From contig NC_052156.1 in the NCBI RefSeq assembly GCF_902713615.1, forward strand, positions 129,146,407 through 129,210,406: a DNA stretch of 64,000 bases, in the 5' to 3' direction. The position numbers were made by a program, and so were the translations under genes. Source of the DNA: Scyliorhinus canicula. Its lineage: Eukaryota. Numbering within the stretch: the first letter of the stretch is position 1; every line of letters starts with the position of its first letter. This document shows positions 37,566-47,409 of this stretch, in pieces. Under the pieces are notes generated by a model. It did no database searches and had not been told where the DNA came from. It saw only the letters and a list, made by a program, of their open reading frames with translations.

Positions 37566-38550
37566 ATGAGGAAGAAAGCAATAGAAGGCTATGCTGGAAG
37601 TACTAAATTAATAGGGTGTTAAGAGATTCATACGAAGCCGACATACTGGCAGGGACCAAGTGACCTCAGGAGCCTACTTCTGTGCTATGAAATACTATAT
37701 AACAAGAGTATTTGATTGAGATAGATTGAAATATTAATTAGAACTCTCAGAAACGTTCATCGCTCTGAACTGCCGATTATGATACTGCCGGGAGATATCC
37801 CAATTCATTGTTTGTCTAACTCCTAACCGAAGCACGTATGCTGCATAGAAATATTTCTCATTTAAGTTAGCGTTGAAAACATTGGGTGGTGCAATCTGCT
37901 GACCAGTATTTGTTCATTAAAGCTTCTCTATGAAGGTGTGGATCAACACATTGATGTAGCAGGCTCAATGGGCCCAATAGTCTTGGGCTGTTATTATTTC
38001 TTATCATAGCAAAGCAGGGATGATCATATTCGTTGTTACTTGGTTTAATATTTGACTGAATGGCATTTGGCCATAATTGATTTTGTCACCAGAATCAAAG
38101 AGTGAAGTGTTATGCTTTTCAACATCCTAATGTGGACTTAAAGTTCCTGATCAAGAACATTACTTATAGGGAAATGATAACATTGAATTTAGTTGGTATT
38201 TTATTGATCTTTCTGTTTAAAAAAAAACACATGGTGCTGAAGGTTTAAATCAGGCTAGCACACCAATATAAATGGTTATTTACAAAATAAACACCTGAAT
38301 TTGTACTGTTCATAAAATATAATTATAAACTCAAATATTTTCAGAATTTTGTTTTGATCTGCAATCTGTGGATGTAATTTTCTTAGTTCTAAACATCTGA
38401 TTTATTATTCTGATTATGTTTTTGTTTCATTTTGCACCCATTGATGATTTTGAGATTCACAGTGCCACTTGTTCAGCTCCATTTATAAGGTTTCCCAAAC
38501 CATTTCTGTTGCAACCCCTTATCTGAATTTCAGAACGAGGGAAGATTTTC

Positions 38551-38584
38551 ATGTTTCATGATTATTATTCATTCTCTTTTGCAG
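38551..38584 (+). promoter_or_regulatory. 3' splice acceptor of the last TBC1D22 intron
   Basis: atgtttcatgattattattcattctcttttgcag: pyrimidine tract plus CAG immediately before the in-frame exon. Confidence 0.85.
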
Positions 38585-38713
38585 GGACTGATGATTCTGC
38601 TACAGAATTTACCCACGATGCACTGGGGAAACGAGGAGATCAGCGTTCTTCTGGCAGAGTCCTACAGACTAAAATACGCATTTGCGGATGCACCAAATCA
38701 CTACAAACGATGA
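38585..38713 (+). CDS. TBC1D22A: Terminal coding exon of a TBC1 domain family member 22 (Rab-GAP) gene, probably the A paralogue
   Basis: Polypyrimidine tract and acceptor ttcattctcttttgcag end at 38584. The phase-0 frame reads GLMILLQNLPTMHWGNEEISVLLAESYRLKYAFADAPNHYKR then TGA (38711-38713), the characteristic TBC1D22 C-terminus (LQNLPT.HW...LLAE.YRLK..FADAPNHY). The family call is strong. A over B rests on recalled residues (IS.L, AFAD, HYK) and the very long upstream intron, and is less certain. Confidence 0.9.
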   Translation, partial: GLMILLQNLPTMHWGNEEISVLLAESYRLKYAFADAPNHYKR

Positions 38714-39845
38714 AACCAAATAAGAGAAGTCTAAACGTGAAAGCTCTAATTTTTCATCTGCATCTCAGTTTTTTTGTCACAACTTTTAAAGTAACCCCGT
38801 TCATTTGGACTTGGCATGTTGTACTTAATACAATAATTGAGTTATTTTGCTGACTTGGTAACAGAAGGCGAAAGTTAATTTAATGTAAATTTGCCACAGT
38901 GGTCACACCAGGCTCAAATTTAAGTAAACTGCGCAAGTGCTAATGGGTAAGATTACGGTGAAGGGAAAGGATTCGCTTAAGAATTGGATAGTTTGAACAT
39001 AATGGTATTGGAGGCTTTCCCAGTATCCTTCTGAGGATTGGCTTTATTTTTATCTGCCTCTGCTTATTTTTAATCACGGTGCTTTGGAGTACTGTGTTCA
39101 CTCGAGATTCTGCCAGAGCACAAGCCGCAGCAAATATAATTGTGCCACACAATGTAGGCAATTGAAAAAGCCCTTTTGGGTTTTCAGAATTCTCGGAAAA
39201 GTTCCCATTTAGGAAGTGACGTCAACTGTGCCCTTCCAAATAGCTGTCTTTTCTGGATTCAGATAAGTTAACTTGAGCAGTATGGTTACAGAATCACTGA
39301 TTTCTTACAGCCGTTTACAGAAGTTGAAATAGTGCCTGATATCAAATGAAATGTACCCATAAGTGAACTATTTATGATCTCTATTAAAGTCGGCTATTGC
39401 TATAAATATCTGAAATGTTTGTCTTCAAATGAAAAGTTTTATCAATTATGTGATTTCTTTTCATGGTATCAGATTAAAAATTAATTGGTTTTCCAGCTGA
39501 TTGTTTCTTTCTAGGTAGTGGTCCCTAGTCAGTCTACCATGCTCGAATATACCAAAGATTCTACCATAGCGCTTACTGTCTGCTGTTGTCACACATACAT
39601 GAATTGTAACACAAACTCTTTTTCACACTACAATTTTCTTTGGGGACCATATCAGAGAGACTTACAAATCTGTCTTCTGCTAAGGCAATTGTCATAAATA
39701 ACAGATATTTGCCTCTTGCAGTGGAACGTTTGTACTTCAGTTTAGAAATTGTGCAGTGCATACCTATTTATGTATATGCTACTTACAATATTGTAAATAG
39801 AAATGTGACCTGTAACTGAAATAAATTACAGAATAAGAAACATTG
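38714..39845 (+). other. TBC1D22A: 3' UTR of TBC1D22(A)
   Basis: Repeat-free AT-rich sequence after the stop codon, with TATTTAT (39765-39771), TGTAAATA (39792-39799), AATAAA (39820-39825) and downstream TGTGTTT. The end is approximate. Confidence 0.65.
39820..39825 (+). terminator. Polyadenylation signal AATAAA
   Basis: Canonical hexamer ~1.1 kb after the stop codon, with upstream UGUA motifs and a GU-rich downstream element (~39844-39850). Confidence 0.6.
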
Positions 39846-40134
39846 TGTTTAAAAATGGTGGATTAACCTTGCAAGTGAATTGATTTGCTTTTGATGTGAG
39901 TTGCTTAAACTCCCTATTGGACAAAAAAATGTTGCAACACATTTGGTGGAATAACTGGCAATCAATTAACAAATGTTGAAATTAGATATCCACCAAAATA
40001 ATTGACACTGGAGCCAAATTTCCTCACTATGTTTACACATGAGAGGCATATAAATGTTACAGAATTTTTGTTTTAGACAGAAATGTTGGATACAAGCAGT
40101 TTCCACCCATTTTTCCAACATTGAAGTTATGGAT

Positions 40135-40960
40135 GGACGGACGGACGTTCACAGTATGGAAACAGGCCCATCGGCCCTGCTGGTCCATGCCACCCAGTTG
40201 CTACCACTAAATTAGTCCCACTTGCCTGCAGTTGGCCCATATCCCTCTATAACTACCCCTGCACATGTAACTGTCTAACTGCTTTTTAAAGGGCAAAATT
40301 ATACCCGCCTCTATCACTGACTCTGGCAGCCTGTTCCAGATGCTCACCACCCTCTGTGTGAAGAAGTTTCCCCTCTGGGCTCTTTTGTACCTCTCTTCTC
40401 TCACCTTAAACCTATGCCCTCTAGTTCTAGACTACTCTACCTTTGGGAAAAGATATCAACTATCTACGTTATCGATGCTCCTCATTATTTTATAGACATC
40501 TATCAGCTCACCCCTAAGCCTCCTCCGCTCTAAGGAAAAAAGTCCCAGCCTATCCAGCCTCTCCTTATAACTCAGACCATCAAGTCCTGGTAGCATCCTC
40601 GCAAATCTTTTCTGCACTCTTTCTAGTCAAACAATGTCCTTCCTATAATAGGGTGACCAGAACTGAATACAGTATTCCATGTGTGGTCTTACCAAAGTCT
40701 TGCACAACTTCAACGAGACGTCCCAACTCCTGTATTCAGTATTCTGACCAATAAAACCTAGCATGCCGAATGCCTCCGCCACCCTGTCCACCTGCGACTC
40801 CACCTTCAAGGAGCTAGGAACCTGTATTCCTAGATCTCTTTGTTCTGTAACTGTCCCCAAATCCCTACCATTAACTGAATAGGTCCTGCCCTGATTTGAT
40901 CTGCCAAAATGCATCACCTCACATTTATCCAAATTAAACTCCATCTGCCCTTCATCGGCC
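40135..40960 (-). mobile_element. CR1 LINE 3' end
   Basis: MEFNLDKCEVMHFG...LVRPHMEYCIQFWSPYYRKD, RGNFFTQRVV.IWN.LP and the 3' tail. Confidence 0.9.
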
Positions 40961-41840
40961 TATTAGTGCTTTACCCTAAGTTCTACTGTGATTTTGTGCT
41001 TTCCCATGGTTCACCTCATGAGAGAAAATCAGTGATGAATTGATTAAGGGTGCCATGAAATCTTATGTGTGGGTGTTTAGTTCCGAATCTTCGTTTCTGT
41101 GTTTGAGAAATGGAAAGACCCTTTGATTATCGTTGCAAACTCCCACTCTAAAACCCCTTTCAAATTGATGGAAAAAGTCAACCAAATATTTTTGTTCAAC
41201 AAATCAGCAAATTTTCACCCAATTTCTTGACGTAATCCCGATGCACCCACCGCTATTTAAAGTAATGTTTTATAGAGGTTGCTGTGTGTCTTTAGTATGC
41301 GGTAATTGCTGGCACCTGAAATACGTTTGAAAATCTTGCAGGCTTATAAAGTGCACAGCCTAAAATAACACCAAGATTTATATATTTAAAATGCTGAGCA
41401 AGCACACAGCAGTGCTTAAAGACAGTTTCCTCCTTATTATTTTTAATCAATCAAAATTAGTTTTGTTTTAAATGAAAACATGTTTGCTGAAAGGCTGCGC
41501 TAAGGTGATTGCTTTTATTGTCACGCAGTGAAAATAACCAATAGAAATTTCCATTTCAGGAACAGAGCGTAGGAATATTTACCCACTAGGGACCCTCAAA
41601 ACCGTCTGTGATGTAAATATTTACTCATAATCGGCAGCCCAGTTTCATCCACAGAGATTGAGAATGATTGGGAAATGCAGTTCCAGAAGCAAGCTTTTGT
41701 CTCCACCATATCAGAGAAATAATTCTATGAAAGCTGATAGAGTTTTGTTTTATAAATTTAAAAACTCCATGACCAAATGCTAGCAGATTTTTGTTTCTCT
41801 TCTTCCGGTATAGGGAACTCTGAAGTAACGTCTTCCTTTT

Positions 41841-42158
41841 AGAATCATAGAATCCCTACAGTGCAGAAGGAGGCCATTCGGCCCATTGAGCCTGCACCGA
41901 CCCTCTGAACGATTACCCCAATGTAGGCCCAATCCTCCCTCACCCTATCCCATTAATCCCACCTCAGGACAATTTAACGTATCCAATCCAGCTAACCTGC
42001 ACATCTTTGGACTGTGGGAGGAAACCGGAGCATCCGGAGGATACCCATGCGGAGACGGGAAAAATGTGCAAACTCCACACAGTCGCCCGAGGTCGGAATC
42101 TAACCCAGGTCCCTGATGCTGAGGCAGCAGTGCTAACCAGTGTGCCACCATGCTGCCC
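41841..42158 (-). mobile_element. HE1/V-SINE, CR1-type tail
   Basis: Full head, V domain and tail on -. Confidence 0.88.
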
Positions 42159-42325
42159 TTCATGATGGTTTTGGGATTCTGTAGAAGCCAGAGAGCAGTT
42201 CAGTCAGAAAAAGTGAAACACAAATCCCTGCTTTAAAACTCGCCTGTCCCCTATTCTTGCTGCCTAGGGCAGCAAGTTCAGCGGCAGTAAATCACTAGAA
42301 AGCGTAAATCACATCTCCAGGTTTT

Positions 42326-42647
42326 GGGGTACCACAGCGGTTAGCGCGGTTGCTTCACAGCTCCAGGGGTCCCAGTTTTGATTCCCAGCTTGGGTCACTG
42401 TGCGGAGTCTACATGTTCTCCCTGTGTCTGCGAGGGTTTCCTACGGGTGCTCCGGTTTCTTCCCACAGTCCAAACATGTGCAGGTTAGGTGGATTGGCCA
42501 TGCTAAATTGCCCTTTGTGTGCAAAAAGGTGGGGTCGGGTTACTGGAGAACGGGGATAGGGTGGAGATGTGGGCTTGGGTAAGGTGCTCTTTCCAAGGGC
42601 CGAGGCAGATGGGCCGAATGGCCTCCTTCTGCATTGTAAATTCTATG
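42326..42647 (+). mobile_element. HE1/V-SINE, CR1-type tail
   Basis: Head, V domain, tail ending aattctatg. Confidence 0.88.
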
Positions 42648-42959
42648 AAACCACCTCAGAATGGGAAATTACCTTTACTAGGCTGTGATAGCTTCCAGAC
42701 AGTCAGATGTCTGGATTGTTTAATTCCATTTCCCTTCACGCTTGAATGCATCTCAAGAACCGTTGTATGCAACTAACCACAATATTTATTACCATCTGGC
42801 TACGATTCACTACTCTTGACCACATCAAAAGCAGTAAATTGCTTTCTGCTGTCTGCTGAGAGAGGCAGCAGGTTTAGGAAACAGGTGTAAATAAAACAGT
42901 GATTTGTTTTCACTGTTTCTGTCTGGACTGCTGTTTAACTTCCAAGAAAGGATGACTGA

Positions 42960-43265
42960 TGTGGGATGAGGGGGTGGTCTTTTTTATGGAGTGGTCTCTG
43001 TCATGGGGGTCTCTGGTGGGGGTGGGGTGGGCAGGATTTGCATTTTGGGGGAGGGGGCCCCTCCAATGGATTTTGGGGCACCCACATTAAAGACTTAGCC
43101 ATTTTACCCACCGTGTGATCCACCGCGCAGTGGCCACATTGACAGATACCTGCATCAATCCATGCCCACGTGAACCCCGTCCAGAGGACTGAAGAATCGC
43201 GGAGGTGTGGTGACTCCGGTGCCCATGGATCCCATTTTTTGGACGATGCTGGATTCTCTGCCCGA
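42960..43265. repeat. MITE-like remnant
   Basis: GC-rich tract ending ctggattctctgccc; only one plausible terminus. Confidence 0.4.
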
Positions 43266-43399
43266 TCATGGATCACCCTGTCAGCATCGGGCAGTGGACA
43301 ATCTAGCCTAATTCAAATCAGTAACAACGGTTCAGAATTTAAGTCAGTAATATGAATTCAATCCTGTTAGCAGAAAAGAGAAGGCATATAATTCATACT

Positions 43400-46300
43400 C
43401 TTATTTACTCACAACCCATCCCAACAATTAAAATAGCCCCCCAACCACATGGTAAGACCAAGACAGCCACCCTCTCCCCCCCCCCCACCTTCCTGTCGCC
43501 ACCTCCAGGAGCTAACTGACCAATTCCTTGAACTGGACGATAAACAGTCACCATCTCTGGTAGAATCTTTCCATTGACCCCCCTCACTGAATATTTAACC
43601 TACTCCAGGTGTAAAACCTCCATTGCTTCACTTAACCAGGCCGAGGCACTGGGCGGAATTCCCAACCACCAACTCAGCAGGACTCGCCCCGAGCGATGAG
43701 CGAGGCAAAGGCGAAAACATTTGACCTCACACCCGATCACAGCTCTGGCAAGTCTGACACCTCCAATGTGGCTACTAAGGGATAGGATTCCATGTCGATG
43801 TTCAGAATCACCAACATGGTATTGAAAAAGGAGTCCCAAAAACCTAGCAGTTGGGACAGGACCCAAACATGTGCATGTGGTTAGCTGGCCCCATCGAACA
43901 GTGCTCGTACCTGTCCTCAACGCTTGCAAAAAAAACCAACTCATTCTTGCACTGGTCAGCTGCCCCTCCAAAACAACCTTAAGCTGGATCAAGCTCAGCC
44001 TCGCACATGAGGTCTGGTGTTCACCCTGCGAAGGGCCTCATTCTACACTATCCTCCAAAATAGGCCCCAGCTGCTCCTCCCACTTGGCTTTCCTCCACCG
44101 AGCTCCACACCAAGACCGGGCTCTCCACCAGACTCTGCCCATATATGTACCGAATGTACTGCCCACCTCCAACCCTGCGCCTGAAACGATCCTCTCTATC
44201 CAAGAGGATGGTGGCGCCTCTGGGAATGCCGGGAATGTTCCTCTAACAAAATTTCATAACGGGAGGTACCAAAATAAATCCGGGTGTGAGAGCCAAAATT
44301 TCTCTTTCAGTTCCTCCACGCTGGCAAACCGCCTCTCCAGGAAAAGGCCACAATCTCTCCAGCCCCTTCCACACTATAAACGTGGCATCCAACCTCACCG
44401 GCTTGAACAGGTGGTTAGCACAAAGTGGGGGCCAGCCTTGATACTGATCCCAGTTTACAATGTCGACAGAGTGGCCTCAAACTGGAGACCACCACCAGGT
44501 TTGACGAGTACTTTGCCCGTGCGAACGGAAGAGAAGCCGTTGCCCGTGCACCCAAACTGGACCCCCCAGCACAACCCAGATTCCATCTGCACCAGGGTAG
44601 ACCCCTGGTACCCTCACCATCCCAACACCTCCTCTGCATCAGCAGCCCAGTAATACAATATCAGGTTCGGCAGCACAGACCTTCCGACAGTCTATCCCTC
44701 TGTGGAACAACCCTCCGAATGCCCCCAAATGAAGGCCGATATTAACCATTCCACCCCCCAAAAGAATTATTTGGGAAGAAAGACTCCAAGACACTAAAAT
44801 GGAAACAGAAATCTTGGCAAAATGTTCATCTTAATTGACTGGACCCTATCTGCCAGGAAGATTGTCCCACCTTTTGTAGATCAGATTTGACCTTATTCAC
44901 CCGGCTGGTGTAATTCAGCTTAGAGACTCGAGCCCGATCTCGAGCCACCTCAACTCCCAGATACTGGAAACTGGACCTGGCCAAGTGAAAAGGAAGTACC
45001 CCCAGACAGACATTCCCTGGGGTGCTGACCGGAAAATACTCGTTCTTCTCCAGATTTAATTTGTATCCAGAAAATGACCCAAAGCTCTTCAGGATCCTGA
45101 TTATGTCACCCATGGTGGGCACTGGACCCTTCATACATAACAGAAGATCATCGGCGGACATGTTCCATTCCACCCTAACCATTTGTCTGAAGCCAATGGC
45201 TCAATCATTAATTCAAACAGGAGGGGAGACACAGGGCATCCCTGCCTCGTCTTCCTGTGCAACTGAATAAACCGCAAACTCATGTGGCTGGATTTTCGTT
45301 CCTGAGAGTAAGGGTTGATGCCGGGGCAGGGTTCGTGGACTTCCACGACAGCAAAACTGGCGCCGCAGCTGGACCAATTTAATGACCATCGAGGGGCTAG
45401 CATCGGCACCACATGGAGCACCATCGATTCCAATGAGAAATGGTGCCAGTTTTGCCATTGACAGAGGAAGCCGACAAGCTGCAGACACAAAGTCACACTT
45501 CACTTTCCACACACCATCCCAGCCAACACCATGGCACTGGTGTGCTGGAACGTGCCCCATATGGCTGATGGGTCGGCTGGGGCCAGAGAGCATCTGAGGG
45601 GGTGGCCTGGGATGGGGCTCCCATATGACCCATGGCCTTAGGTTCACAGTGGGCACTCAGCAACGTGTGCAGCTGCATGGCTGCCTTGACGGCTGCGGCA
45701 ATGGCGTTCTGTGCCCGTCCACGCTAGCCCTGCTACTCCCCCGGCCCTGGCAGAACCCCCCTGGCCAGCGAAACACAACTGTCAGAAAACTATGGTGATG
45801 TTAGACAGTTTCCGTACACCCTTCGGGAACTCGGCCCATTGGAGGTGGAGAATCGCTGAGGCCCTGGAGAATACCAGGTAGGTTCCGCTAACGATATGCC
45901 AAAGGCATTTACTGTACGTGTGTTGTGGAATGCATTAATGCCACTATTGAGGCGGTGGAGAATTGCAATTTGATGTGAAATCGTTGCACGCCGCAATTTC
46001 GGCGTTGGAACCGATTCTCCGCCCAATCGTGTATCCTGATTGCGGCATTGGCCGACAGAGAATCCCACCCATGGTTCTTGTACAAACATTGGCCAAAGGA
46101 GCCTTGTACAGCAGACATTCCCACGACACAAACGTAGGGCCCAACCCAAACTTCTCCAAAACTGCAAAGAGGTACCACCACTCCACCTTATCAAACACCT
46201 TTTCTGCATCTAATGACACACTTGGCTCTGAGCCAGCTCCTGGGGTAAGAACTACGTTCAGCAGTCGCTGCACATTGGACAACAATCTTCAGCCCTTTAC

Positions 46301-46565
46301 AGATCCCATTTTGTCCTCCCCAACGACCTCCGGGAGACAGGGTTTCAACCTCAATGCCAGAACCTTAGCTAACAGCTTAGCGTCCACATTAAACAGTGAA
46401 ATAGGATGGTATGACCTCATTGTCCTTTTTCAAGAGAAGGGAGATGACTGCCTCCCCAAACATGGCAGGAAAGGAATCCCGGGACAAAGAATCATTGAAC
46501 ATACCCGTCAGTGATGGAAACTGCTACTCTGCAAATTTCTTGTAAAATTCCACCGGGGACTTGTC
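43400..46565 (-). mobile_element. Decayed L1-clade LINE ORF2 (RT to C-terminus)
   Basis: YHPISLFNVDAKLLAK, SLDAEKVFDKVEW, TRQGCPVSPLLF, SADDLLL, FSGYKLN, YLGV in order on -. Confidence 0.9.
45285..46070. mobile_element. MITE inserted in the L1 RT, 3-bp TSD ATG
   Basis: tggctggattttc...gagaatcccaccc termini; ATG at 45282-45284 and 46071-46073. The L1 frame joins across it (ANVCTRT/MSLRFIQLHR). Confidence 0.75.
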
Positions 46566-46954
46566 AGGCTATGGTGCATTCCCTGTTTGCATCTGTCCTA
46601 TTACTGTTCGAACCTCCAGCCCTTCCTGCAATTCCTATCCCCACCACGAGGAACTCCCAAGTTTTTAATATTCATCTTATTAAGCCCAATGATATAGTTA
46701 ATATCTGTATAACTTAAAATTTATTATTAAACATCTTTCTGTTTAATGTTTTGAACAATTTAAGGCGGTATTAAAGTATAGGTGAGCAGGGGATAGCGCA
46801 GGGAGACAGTACAATTTGCTGGGGAGAAGCCCAGGCTACTGAAGAAATGCTGTGTGCTCTGTGTAGCCAGCCAACAAGCTTGCAAACAGAGTGCTGAGAG
46901 GTGGTGGAGGATGTTGGTGGTGACATTAGATTTATCCTCACTACATTCAAGGAA

Positions 46955-47258
46955 TCATAAAATCGTAGAATTTACAGTGCAGAAGGATGCCATTCAGCCC
47001 ATCGAGTCTGCACCAGCCCTTGGAAAGAGCGCCCTACCCAAGCCCACACCTAACCTTTTGGACACTAAGGGCAATTCAGCATGGCCAATCCACCTAACCG
47101 GCACATCTTTGGACTGTGGGAGGAAACCGGAGCACCCAGAGGAAACCCACGCAGACACGGGGAGGAAGTGCAAACTCCGCGCAATCAGAGACCCAAGCCG
47201 GGACTCGAACCTGGCACCCTGGAGCTGGGAAATAACTGTGCTAACCACTGTGCTACTG
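46955..47258 (-). mobile_element. HE1/V-SINE, CR1-type tail
   Basis: V domain, B box and tail on -. Confidence 0.88.
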
Positions 47259-47409
47259 CGACTCTTCCCCCCCCCCCCCCCCCTCCCCTATAGTTCTTTT
47301 TAAATTTTGCATTTAGAATTTTACATTTATAGGAGAAATTAGTGCTAGTTAACTGTAACTTATTTTAATTTAATAAGTATTTTTAAATTAATATACTAAT
47401 TAGTTCTAC

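Noticed and set aside
1-38584. Penultimate TBC1D22 exon or other host exons
   Set aside because: No FHLYVCAAF-type codon string or other convincing exon found by eye; small exons could have been missed.
38551-38853. 100-aa ORF overlapping the exon
   Set aside because: Wrong frame; the conserved TBC1D22 peptide is in another frame starting at the acceptor.
43871-44653. Longest ORF in the track (260 aa, +)
   Set aside because: Antisense shadow of the decayed L1 ORF2; no recognisable domain.
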